Part shown: in pieces, positions 25,075-35,016 of the stretch | Layout of the letters: the number at the start of each line of letters is the position of its first letter | How positions within the stretch are numbered: position 1 is the first letter of the stretch | From: Tubulanus polymorphus | Lineage: Eukaryota; Animalia; Nemertea | Length of the DNA: 64,000 bases | NCBI RefSeq assembly: GCF_964204645.1 | Contig: NC_134026.1 | Span: 14,790,150-14,854,149, forward strand | Reading direction: 5' to 3' | Position numbers and translations under genes: made by a program | The notes under the pieces: model-generated | Told to the model about the DNA's origin: nothing | Seen by the model: the letters and a program-made list of their open reading frames with translations, nothing else | The model's database searches: none

Positions 25075-26680
25075 ATGGCAGAAGGTGGAGAAGATTTTCC
25101 AATGGATACTTTTGGTGATGAACCCGGTATAACTGATGAACCACAACCTGATTTAAATGAAACTAATATTGATAATGATGATGAATCAGCATATAATTCT
25201 AATATAGCAGATAGTGGTTCTAAAGTCCCATCAACAGATGAATTTGATAGAAAACATAGATCGAAAATAAATCCTGAAAATGAAATTACAGGTTTAAAAA
25301 AGGAAGATTTAGAAAATATTAAATTTATATATAAATTCCAACCTGTATTTGAAAGATCTGGATATAATATAAATTACAGAGGTGCCAGACTTTTAGTACA
25401 AGAATTAAAATCTTTAGATGGTAAATATTATTATCATTTGAAAGATGATTATTATATTAATATCACTTATCAAAATACAAGACTTAGTAAAATATTAGCA
25501 GAATCAACTTTGCTTAAGTTAGAACCAGATAGAATTAAGAGAATAAGTAATAGTAATGAAATAACTGATGTTACACAAGAAGAAAGAGCTGATAATATAA
25601 GAGTATTTAGTGAAAGAATTGATGACTTATTTAAAACAATCGATAATAATTTAGAAACAGAAATGGAAGATCATAGAGATCGATTAGATAAATTAAGATC
25701 TTCAACACCCGAAACATCGAGAAGAGATATTCAACAAATTGATAATGATTCAAATCAATTAAATTATGGTAAAATAATTGATACAATGAATTCATTTGAA
25801 GAAGATATGATTAGTATTTTAGATACGCCCGGTACTGAAACTGGAATAAATCGAATACAATCGTTACTAGAAAAAGGATTACTTGATTTAACTGATGATG
25901 AATTAGAAGCATTTCCTGAACAAGCACGTAGAGAAATTAAAGGTATGCAAGAATCAGCTGGTGAAATTGCTAATATCAAGATGAGATTTTCTAAAATAAC
26001 CATGTTAGAAAAAGAATTAACTGATGCAAATGAAGAATTAAAACAATTAGAATTAAATAGAGATCTTCAATTAATCGAGGAAGCTGATTATGAAAGCAGA
26101 AAGTTAGCTTTAGAAAAAGAAATAGATGATTTAGAATATAACATAAAATAACAAAAAGAAGAAAGAGATATATTATTAAAATCATATGATCTTAATCATA
26201 TTAAAAAATTAAAAGTTATTTTTAAAGATTTGTTGATGAAACCAGAATCTAGTATATCATTGAAAGATAGAATAAAGTTATTATTTAAAGGAATAATATT
26301 TAGAAGGAATAACAATTCTTTCAATTCTAACAGCTGTAACTATGTTATTTACAACAATTGGTTTAGCTATATCAAATGCTTTGAAATCTACTCCTACTCC
26401 CACTCCCAATAAACCAGATAAACCCCCAGGTAATAATTCTATACAAGATAAAGTTAAAGATGGTTTAAAGAAATTAGCAAAATATTTATGGGAACTATCT
26501 AAAAAATCTGCTGCAGCTTTACCTGGAGTTAATGCATCAATTGTTGGTTTTATATTGAAATCTGCAGGAAACATTATTAACTTTGCTGCTGAACATATTA
26601 TTTTATTTTTAATTACAGTTGTAAGTGCTATTATTTTTGGTTTAGTAACCATGATATCAAAAAATATCAAGTTAATATGA
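25075..26680 (+). pseudogene. Acidic/coiled-coil protein with C-terminal TM helices (stop plus frameshift)
   Basis: ORFs 25075-26151, 26230 and 26342-26680 are colinear with paralog 13390-14840. Confidence 0.75.
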
Positions 26681-26740
26681 TATCAAAAGATATCAAGTAA
26701 CCATGATAAAAAATAAATAATTAATTTTTTTGTTAAATAA

Positions 26741-27981
26741 ATGAGTGGGAGTTATATCAATCCTTCTAAGAATCATAGAATATCTAATGCTATTAAAGCA
26801 GAAAGATCACATCGTATAATTACTCATAACCCTTCAAATATTAATCCCGATGAAACTTTATATGTTAGAATCCCTCGATTAACACAAAATACTTTTTATG
26901 TTCCAAATAGTATTTATTTATCGGCCGATATAAAAGTAATCGGTAATAATAATAATTATGTTGTTGATAATGTTGGAAGATATTTGATTAAAAAATTAAC
27001 TATAAAGATTGGTCCGGAAACAGTTTTCTCATTAGATGATTATAATTTATTTATGCATTATAAAGATTTATGGTTAACTAAAGAAAATAGAAATAATATG
27101 ATATTTCAAGGCATCCAATCAGAAAACCAAAATAAATTAAGATCAGAAGCTAATAGCGCAATATTAACTAATGCTGTAGATAAATTGATAAAAAGTATAT
27201 ATGGAAGCAAATATAAAATTCCATTAGATTTTGAATTGATAAATAATAATGCACCTTTATATAAATACGCAATTCAAGAAGACGTTATATTCGAGATAAC
27301 ATTTGCTCCTGTAAATGAAATTGTATTATCTAGCGTTAATAAAGATATGAGTTATAAATTATATGTTTAGAATATGATACAGTAACTGATGAAAATATTT
27401 CAAGTATAATTCAAACTAAATACAATCAAGGATTTTCATTATTATATGATTATACTGATAAATTTAAAACCGTAACTATTAATGCAAATGATGAAATAAT
27501 TAATGAGAATATTAACTTCCCAAGAAGATCTATTAAAGGTATATTAATATTTTTTACCATTGCAACATATACTAATGGTGCAATAAATGTTGATAATTAT
27601 TATAATCCTGAAATAACAAAAGTAGAAATAACTATCGAAGGAATAGCAAATGAAATATTTTGTCAAGGAATGAGAATGATTGATCAATGGCCAGAAATTA
27701 GAAAACATTTTATGAATGAAAAAGTAAAATCATCTGAAAATTGTAATATTAATCAAATTGATTATTATACCGGCAATAAATATGCATTATGGTTAGATTT
27801 TAGAACAACAGAGGATAATTCATTACATGGTTCTGGAAAAAAACTACAAAACACTAAAGATGGAATACAATTATTCATGACAAAGAATAAAGGAATCAAA
27901 AATTTTAAAATGCACAATTATATTATATCTGACGCGCAATTAAATATTGTAAATTCACAATTAGATAGTGTTATGTATTAA
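26741..27981 (+). pseudogene. Putative major capsid protein (double jelly roll), frameshift near 27365
   Basis: About 410 codons in total; alternating beta-strand pattern (ITHNPSNINPDETLYVRIPRL..., NINFPRRSIKGILIFF, YALWLDFR); last gene of the structural block. Fold is inferred. Confidence 0.68.
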
Positions 27982-28013
27982 AATTTTAACTTTAATAAAA
28001 AATCTTATATTAA

Positions 28014-28982
28014 ATGGAAGGTGGTAAAGTATATAAACATATTCCATACATCGATACACATGAAAATAATGATGGTTTATATTATGTAATACCTTGTAAT
28101 ATAGCTTTGATATTTGATCCTATTTTCAAAATTTATAAAACTAAACTAATAGAAATCGATAATAATAAAAGTGAAGTTGTTGATCATTTAAGTAATGTAA
28201 TTGATAATAATGTAATACCTTCTACATCTAATAATGTAATACCTACTACATCTAATAATGTAATACCTACTACATCTAATAATGTAATACCTACTACATC
28301 TAATAATGTAATACCTACTACATCTAATAATGTAATACCTTCTACATCTAATAATGTCATACCTTCTACATCTAATAATGTTATACCTTCTACATCAAAT
28401 AATGAAATAATATTAAATGTTAGTGAAAATAGAAATTATTGTGGATATTGTAAAAGTGAATTTTCAAACGCTACATCAAATTGGAATAAACATATGAATA
28501 CAAGGGTACATATAAATAATGTTATAGAACGTGTTGGTTTAAAAGAATTTATAGAACACCCATTTAGATATGTTACAAAGTTTGTTTCAAATCAAAAAGT
28601 AAATGGCGAAAAAATATATGAAGATTTATTATTAGCAACACCTAATAAAGATGAATTAGATTTAACTGATGCTAATGAAATATTAGGATCAAACACTGTA
28701 AATGAAATATTAGGAGCAAACACTAATAAAGATTCTATGAAACATAAAGTAGAAAATAATGATAAATTTGATTGGATGAATAAGCATAACAATGAAACAA
28801 CTATTGATGATTCGGTAAAAAAGGTGAAAAATAAGTATAAAAATAATAAAGAATTAGAAGAAGATTCGGTAGAGAAATTGAGAAAATTGATGGGGTATGA
28901 TAGTGAATTGGAGAGTGATGATGAAAGTGATTCAGAAAGTAATTTTCTAACACTCAAAAAAGTTGAAAATTGTATAAAATAA
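28014..28982 (+). CDS. 322-aa protein with (NNVIPT/STS)n repeats and a C2H2 zinc finger
   Basis: Intact ORF; 24-bp tandem repeat at about 28206-28403; YCGYC...KHMNTRVH; acidic tail. Confidence 0.75.
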   Translation: MEGGKVYKHIPYIDTHENNDGLYYVIPCNIALIFDPIFKIYKTKLIEIDNNKSEVVDHLSNVIDNNVIPSTSNNVIPTTSNNVIPTTSNNVIPTTSNNVIPTTSNNVIPSTSNNVIPSTSNNVIPSTSNNEIILNVSENRNYCGYCKSEFSNATSNWNKHMNTRVHINNVIERVGLKEFIEHPFRYVTKFVSNQKVNGEKIYEDLLLATPNKDELDLTDANEILGSNTVNEILGANTNKDSMKHKVENNDKFDWMNKHNNETTIDDSVKKVKNKYKNNKELEEDSVEKLRKLMGYDSELESDDESDSESNFLTLKKVENCIK

Positions 28983-29113
28983 TAGTAAATAAAAAAGGGG
29001 GGTTTTAAGTATTTAAGGTATCTAATAGGGTATCAAGTATTAGGGTATCAGGTATTAGGGTATCTAATGGGGTATCAGCTATTAGGGTATCTAATACATA
29101 GTCATATAAATAG

Positions 29114-29725
29114 TTATTTTATAAATTTATATTCATAGGGAAATTGTAGTCTCAGTAATAATTTTGAACCTTTATTATTCTTTAATTTATTCATATATTC
29201 ATCATGTAATTCAGTAGGTACAATTTGATTTTCTTCCAATGATTGTTGCATAGATTTTTTATCTTTGTTATAAAATAAAACTAGAAATCTAATGTTTTCT
29301 CTAAAGTCTTTAACAATTGAATTATATTTTTGATTTAAAACCCAAGTTGTTATCCCAAAATGTCTCCCAGAGAAAGCTAAATAACATAACTCACTTTCTC
29401 TAACTTTTGAATCATGTAAATTTGCGCAATCATCTATAATGAATAATGTATTTGATCCTTTATAAGTATCAATTGCTATTTTTATACAATTATCTAAATT
29501 TTCTTTTACTGTTTTAGGATCTAATATAATAAACTTTTTCATCTTAACTATGTCTCTATTATATGTTTTATTCATTTCATAAGTAGGACAAAATAATATT
29601 ATATTATCAAAATGATTCTTATAAATAGTTTCTAACAAGTCTAATATGAAATGTGTTTTACCACAATTGGTTACTCCAGTTATTAACATATTATGCGGTT
29701 CAAATATAAATAAATCTTTATTCAT
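29114..29725 (-). CDS. A32/FtsK-HerA-like genome packaging ATPase
   Basis: Walker A GVTNCGKT, Walker B LFIIDD, and GRH..ITTWVLNQ. Confidence 0.92.
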   Translation of the reverse strand: MNKDLFIFEPHNMLITGVTNCGKTHFILDLLETIYKNHFDNIILFCPTYEMNKTYNRDIVKMKKFIILDPKTVKENLDNCIKIAIDTYKGSNTLFIIDDCANLHDSKVRESELCYLAFSGRHFGITTWVLNQKYNSIVKDFRENIRFLVLFYNKDKKSMQQSLEENQIVPTELHDEYMNKLKNNKGSKLLLRLQFPYEYKFIK

Positions 29726-29732
29726 TTATTCT

Positions 29733-30517
29733 TTAAATTTTACTAGATAAAATCCATTCATTAAATTTATCATCGTATCCTTTATATTTCACCAAAGAAT
29801 ACTTTTTTCCTTTAAGAGTTTTTGTTTTCAATACTTTTTCTATTTTGTATTCTATTTCATCTGGATTTGGTACAAGTGATAATTCTTGTTCATAGAAATA
29901 ACCTTATATTTCTTCATCTTTTATATCTTCTAATTTATAAACAAAAGGTTTAGTTAATGTTATCTTTTTAATCTTGAATATTTCTTCAGTAAAATTTGGG
30001 GTATAACCTTTATAAAATGTTTTTCGATATTTAGATATTCTAACGTGTTGTCCTATTTTAAATTTAGGTTCTCCGAAATCATGTGTAACAAACGCTCCAT
30101 ATAAATTATTCCAAACTATTTCTGAATTATCTTCTTTTCTAGCTTGTATAGGTTTCATATTTATAGAACTATGTTTAGAATTATTATAACCTTTCACCAA
30201 ATCATCTAATATATTGATATATTTATATGTTTCATTAGCAGTAAAATATTTCCACATTCTAGTTTTCAATGTTTTATTAAATATTTCTATAATAGATGCT
30301 TTTTTATCCGAGTGTGTTGAAAAATAATCTACATCGTTATCAGATAATAGTTTTTTAAAATGTTTGTTATAGAATTCCTTACCTTCATCAAATTGTATCT
30401 TATCTGGAATAGCTTCTTTAAATATAGATTTAAAAGCATTTGTAACTTCTATTCCAGTTTTATTTTTGATTGGAATTGACCATGCGTATCGACTGAATAT
30501 GTCTATAACATTAATTA
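29733..30517 (-). pseudogene. Retroviral-type (rve) integrase with chromodomain, 5'-deleted
   Basis: VIDIFSRYAW, IQFDEGKEF, KASIIEIFNKTLK and YNNSKHSSI motifs; C-terminal YKIEKVL..LVKYKGY..FNEWI; internal stop at 29904. Confidence 0.9.
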
Positions 30518-30712
30518 ACTATAATTACTTCCAGCATTAGAAGAATCAGATGGATTATTATTTGAATCAATATCAGATAAAGTCTGTGATTCATTTATAT
30601 CAGTTAATTTCTTTTTCTTAGCTTTTTTTAATTCTGAAGATCTTTTACCTAATTCTCTTGCCCATTTAATTTGTTTCTCGGATCTAGCCTTTTTCTTAAC
30701 TCCATCACTCAT
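30515..30712 (-). CDS. Small basic protein, possibly 3'-truncated by the integrase deletion
   Basis: TAAATG start; KKKARSEKQIKWARELG basic motif. Confidence 0.55.
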   Translation of the reverse strand: MSDGVKKKARSEKQIKWARELGKRSSELKKAKKKKLTDINESQTLSDIDSNNNPSDSSNAGSNYS

Positions 30713-31307
30713 TTATTTTACTTAATTTTTGTTCTGATTCATTTTCTGTTTCACCATTTGGTTGTAGTACATCTGTTTCGTTCTTACCTGATTTATATTC
30801 CATAGGCTTGATGTTCGAAAATGTTATGACACCAGTAGAAATTAATGTCATAACCGATCCTAATTGAAAAGAAGCATAACCAACCCATTTTTGTAATTCA
30901 GTCATAACTAAGTAGTCATTTTTCAAATCACTATATAATTTATTTTCATCATCAATTGGTATTAACTGGTTACATAACTTAGAATAACATTTGACAATAC
31001 CATTCGAAATAGAATCATTTATTTTAGCTAATCTTGCCTCTTCATAAATCTTAAAATATTTTATTACTTTATCTGGTTTCATAGCATCTAATTCTTGAAA
31101 AGTAATAGTCTTAGTTAAAAATTGTTTACACTTTCCGCTAGCAATTAATAATTCAAGATGATGCTTACAATATAAATAGTATTCATAATCTATATTGTTA
31201 TTAACTTGAATAGAATTAGAAACAACTGTATCTTTATTATCACTAATACCCAAATCATCTAATGTCTTTTCAATATGAATACTATTCTTATTAGATTTCT
31301 TTGACAT
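30705..31307 (-). CDS. Maverick hypothetical protein, 200 aa, with a C-terminal hydrophobic segment
   Basis: Intact ORF; TAAATG start. Confidence 0.72.
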   Translation of the reverse strand: MSKKSNKNSIHIEKTLDDLGISDNKDTVVSNSIQVNNNIDYEYYLYCKHHLELLIASGKCKQFLTKTITFQELDAMKPDKVIKYFKIYEEARLAKINDSISNGIVKCYSKLCNQLIPIDDENKLYSDLKNDYLVMTELQKWVGYASFQLGSVMTLISTGVITFSNIKPMEYKSGKNETDVLQPNGETENESEQKLSKINE

Positions 31308-31585
31308 TTACATTAGAGAAATTTAATAAGAATAGTATTATAAGTATTATAAAATGATACTAGATAGTTAAAGTTAAAGAATTCTAGTATTAGTTATTGT
31401 TTTTTTAGTATTTTTTATTTGTGATATAAAGTATTCTTTTTTGAAAAGAAAATATTAAAAATTAAAATAGAAATAATAGATAGTTGAAGGTATGTAAATT
31501 TTATTATATTTTATTTAAATTCTATTTGATATCTCACTACTTTTGTTTATCTATTAGGAGCAGTAGTTATAACTGTCCAGATAAG

Positions 31586-32254
31586 TCATTTCGGATCCTT
31601 GATATCAAATTCCTCAACGTATTGTTCATTATTGTTCCATTGATCAATAAATTTCTTTGCCTTTGTTAACTGTTCTAAATATAACTGTAAATCTAGTTTA
31701 TTAGATTTGATTTGATCTTCTTTCTTTTCTAAAGGCCTTAAATTTTTCCAACCCCAAATAAGTTTTTTATTGTATTCCTCATTCATGTTAAATTTAGATA
31801 TTGGTAACACGTGATCAATATGGTAATAATCCCCATAATTATCTATATTCATTTTATCATCGAATTGAAATATAATCCATGATTTTAAGAATTCATCTGA
31901 ACAACCCAATAAATTAGATAGTGTTTCTGAATGCGTTTCTTTGTTGAATAATTGTGTTAATCTAGATCTTAAACATTGTTTCAATCTAAAATTAAGATCT
32001 GTTTGATATCTTTCTCTCATATATTCTGTCATATAATCATTATAAGCTTCTCTATTATCTTCTCGGTATTGTTTGGTATATAGTTTAAAACAAGTTTTAC
32101 AGCAATATTGAAAACCATCTTTGCTAATCTTACGCTTACTAAATTCTGTTAAAGCTAATTTATCTAATTCACATTTAGAACACTTCTTGTAGTATATATT
32201 TATAACACCAGTGTTATTTGTAATATTTATAGTTTGTGGTTGTTCTGGTTCCAT
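31586..32254 (-). CDS. HNH-family endonuclease with an N-terminal CxxC...CxxC zinc ribbon (type common in NCLDVs)
   Basis: KKCSKC..CKTC, LLGCS..FL, NYGDYYHIDHVLPISKF, NLRPL. Confidence 0.8.
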   Translation of the reverse strand: MEPEQPQTINITNNTGVINIYYKKCSKCELDKLALTEFSKRKISKDGFQYCCKTCFKLYTKQYREDNREAYNDYMTEYMRERYQTDLNFRLKQCLRSRLTQLFNKETHSETLSNLLGCSDEFLKSWIIFQFDDKMNIDNYGDYYHIDHVLPISKFNMNEEYNKKLIWGWKNLRPLEKKEDQIKSNKLDLQLYLEQLTKAKKFIDQWNNNEQYVEEFDIKDPK

Positions 32255-32331
32255 TTATTATATGTATTTTTTACTAAATTGGTTAATATTTCAGAATCCT
32301 CTTCCATTTCTTCGACCAACGTCATCCTTTT

Positions 32332-32583
32332 TCATTCCTCGCTGCTTTTGATAAGTTGTTTCGATTCCTTGATATCAAATTCCTCAACGTATTGTTCATT
32401 ATTTGGATCATTGTTCCATAATTCAATAAATTTCTTTGCCTTTGTTAACTGTTCTGAATATAACTGTAAATATTCTAGTTTCAATTTATTCTCTAAATGT
32501 GTTTTAGTTTTATTGTGTCTTGATTTTTGGGATTTATCTACATTGATATTACATGTTGGACAGTAGTACTTATTTGCTTCCAT
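32332..32583 (-). CDS. Chimeric 83-aa ORF: pPolB first zinc finger (within the TIR) fused to a duplicate of the HNH C-terminus
   Basis: MEANKYYCPTCNI..KLKLEY matches the pPolB start; LQLYSEQLTKAKKFI matches the HNH tail. Confidence 0.55.
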   Translation of the reverse strand: MEANKYYCPTCNINVDKSQKSRHNKTKTHLENKLKLEYLQLYSEQLTKAKKFIELWNNDPNNEQYVEEFDIKESKQLIKSSEE

Positions 32584-32852
32584 TTTAATACTAAATTTTT
32601 TATTAAAATTGATTTTAGAAGTTCAATGATTTAAATGTTATTCATGTACATGATTGTTTTAAGAGTAATAGGGGTAATGGGCTTTCATATCAAAGGTTGA
32701 AGGGGCAAGTGAGTAAAAAATGAAAATAACAATAATTTACAGTTGAATTAGGAGTGTGCACGACTAATTCAACTGTAAATTATTGTTATTTTCATTTTTT
32801 TACGAGCTCGACCCTTCGACCTTTGGTATGAAAGCCTATTATCCCTATTACT
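32470..32852 (-). repeat. Right TIR, including the terminal palindrome at 32664-32852
   Basis: Reverse complement of 9769-10150. Confidence 0.93.
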
Positions 32853-34697
32853 AATATCCTCCAATAATGATGGAGCATTTGCACGCTGGTTAAGTCGTTC
32901 AAACAGAATCTTTTGGTTCTCAAGGACCTTTTCAAGCTTCATTAACACTGTCAACTTGAAATCTGGAAATGAAAAGTGGAGAAATAATCAGTGCTGAAGT
33001 TACACTTCAAAACTAACAACTTGTACAAACATTTTTGTCTACATGCACACCTTTGTCTGGCTCCGTTTCTGTTCCTATTGGTCCTGTGGGAGATTGTCTT
33101 CTGGAAACTGATGGAAAGATTTGGTTAAAAAATCAATTGTTAATTCATGTAATGATATTGAAAGTACACTTGAAAACAACGATTTTGTATTGTTTACCTG
33201 GTGTAGTCATAATACTCGTACTTTCAGTTGGAGTACCAGTTATAAAAGAATCTTGTCCTTAAAAATATTTTCTATAGATCATTCTCTTTTTTAAATATAT
33301 GTTCATGTTCGTAAGAAAAGTTGATACAACTTACTTGGTGTGCTGGTAGTTGCTACTGGTCCCCTTTGCCTTGGCAAGTATGATGGTGGGGTAGGCAAAT
33401 CTGGTTCTGAAAAGAGCATCAATTAGGTAAACCCACATTAGTTTTCAATAACAAAATATAGGAATAATCGTAAACGGATCATAATTTCTCACTTGTAAGA
33501 GCTGATGTCTGTTTAGTTTTTGTGAATTTACAAGGCGGAATATCTGTAAAGCAAAATGGATACAAGAAATAACTATAGGTGGCTAACAATATCAATGCAA
33601 AATATTAGTTCGAGGTATCTTACCATCGTTACTTTCATCACTCAAGAAACGCCTGTTAGGTTTCACCGCGCGACCACTTTTCGAGGCAACCACTTCCTCA
33701 TCGCTCTCTACATGCGACGTTTCTAAAGCATTTAAGGACTTCTGTTCTGCTTTTTTCAAATTTTCTAAACACAGAGGAATCAGTTCGATAAAAAATGTTA
33801 CAAAAAACCTTGCCTTACTTGGACATGGCCAACTCAGACAAAAATTAAATAATTTGGTGATTTCCTAACGTATCTTAGAATCCTTAACTTGGACTTGCCT
33901 TACCTCAAACAAATTTTGCTGGTCCCAATATGACTGAGTTAGGTGAGGCTTACTATATACATTTTTTAGTTTGAATACTGATAACGCTCGTTACACATTT
34001 CAAGGCCAGATTAGTATGTTTTTCATTATGAAAATTAAAATACTTTGCCAGCTTGACTGGGTAAAAACATATAAAGTATCACAAATAATTAATAGAGTCA
34101 CAATCAAAGAACCAAAAAGTTATTTAAAACAACAGCAAGTTGAAATTAATTGGAAATCTAAATTTTAACTTTTCGTTGTGCTAATAGATTTTTTAGTTCT
34201 TTGATCGGGTATGAGACCCTACCTCAAGGGAAAAACAATCAAAACTTCATACGAGAATACTCTGACTTCAAATTTTGTCCATGTTTCTTTGTCCGGTATG
34301 GCACCAGTTTTAGCTTTCTGAGCCTGGTTGAATGATGGCCAATAAGTGCATAGACTCTACAAAAATAAATATAGGAGCATTTTTATATTGCAGCTAAAAT
34401 ATGCAATGACATATTCCAAATTTGTATGTATATTCTTGAAGGGCAATTAAATTCATTATGCCTACCTTGTTTTCGCTAAACAGCCAGGACATATGGATAA
34501 CACCAACAGATTTTTCTGCAACAAACTCCACAACTACATACATCTGTAGAAAAAATCACTGAAACCGTTTATAAGAAGTATCACTTTGACTGGGCACCGG
34601 GCTAAACTTCAGGATACCTTGTAAATTTTTCACAAAAATGTAATAGGAAAAAAAACACCATGAGTCGAGAAGATACACGATATCCATGAAAGATGAA

Positions 34698-34920
34698 TAA
34701 CAAGAGAAGTCCCACAATATTTCAGCCAAAAAATGAAAAGTTCTATAGTATTTATTTCGAGCAACGTTTCAGCTAAATACTATTAGCCATCATCAGGCGT
34801 ACTGTACACTCTGAGTGCGCCTGATGATGGCTAATAGTATTTAACTGAAACGAAATAAATACGATTCTACTATAGAACTTTTCATTTTTTGGCTGAAATA
34901 TTGTGGGATTTCTCTAGTTA
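34698..34920. mobile_element. Palindromic Penelope pLTR derivative with two divergently oriented hammerhead cores
   Basis: Inverted arms; CTGATGA-T-GGCTAA..TTA(G/A)CT-GAAAC on both strands; shares TTGTGGGATT with 14982-15126. Confidence 0.75.
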
Positions 34921-35016
34921 AAAACACTGTTCAATAGTCTGATGATCTTAAATTCTAAAATAGTCAGATGCTAATAAAAATCTTAGCTAGGCCATTCATA
35001 CCTTGCATATCAAATT

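Larger units (their letters stand above)
9769..32852. mobile_element. Endogenous Polinton/Maverick-like virus, composite and rearranged
   Basis: 5'-AG...CT-3' ends; 6-bp TSD AATATC (9763-9768 and 32853-32858); ~380-bp TIRs; pPolB, penton, capsid-like protein, ATPase and integrase; much more AT-rich than its flanks. Confidence 0.96.
8899..34545 (-). pseudogene. Multi-exon DUF4806-like accessory gene of a CACTA/EnSpm-like transposon, interrupted by the Maverick
   Basis: Spliced minus-strand exons: MYVVVEFVAEKSVGVIHMSW.., YWPSFNQAQKAK.., LFERLNQRANAPSLLEDI | (P*R)MDSVEDFDELNLKLEDKNYRKSL, ..FSLKGRKKKRAF.., IGNFLKLAPQKPGG. The reading frame is continuous once the Maverick is removed, apart from one nonsense codon. 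Confidence 0.6.

Noticed and set aside
9769-32852. Contaminating free virus contig
   Set aside because: The perfect TSD splits a flanking transposon exon and a host retroelement fragment has inserted inside, so it is genuinely integrated
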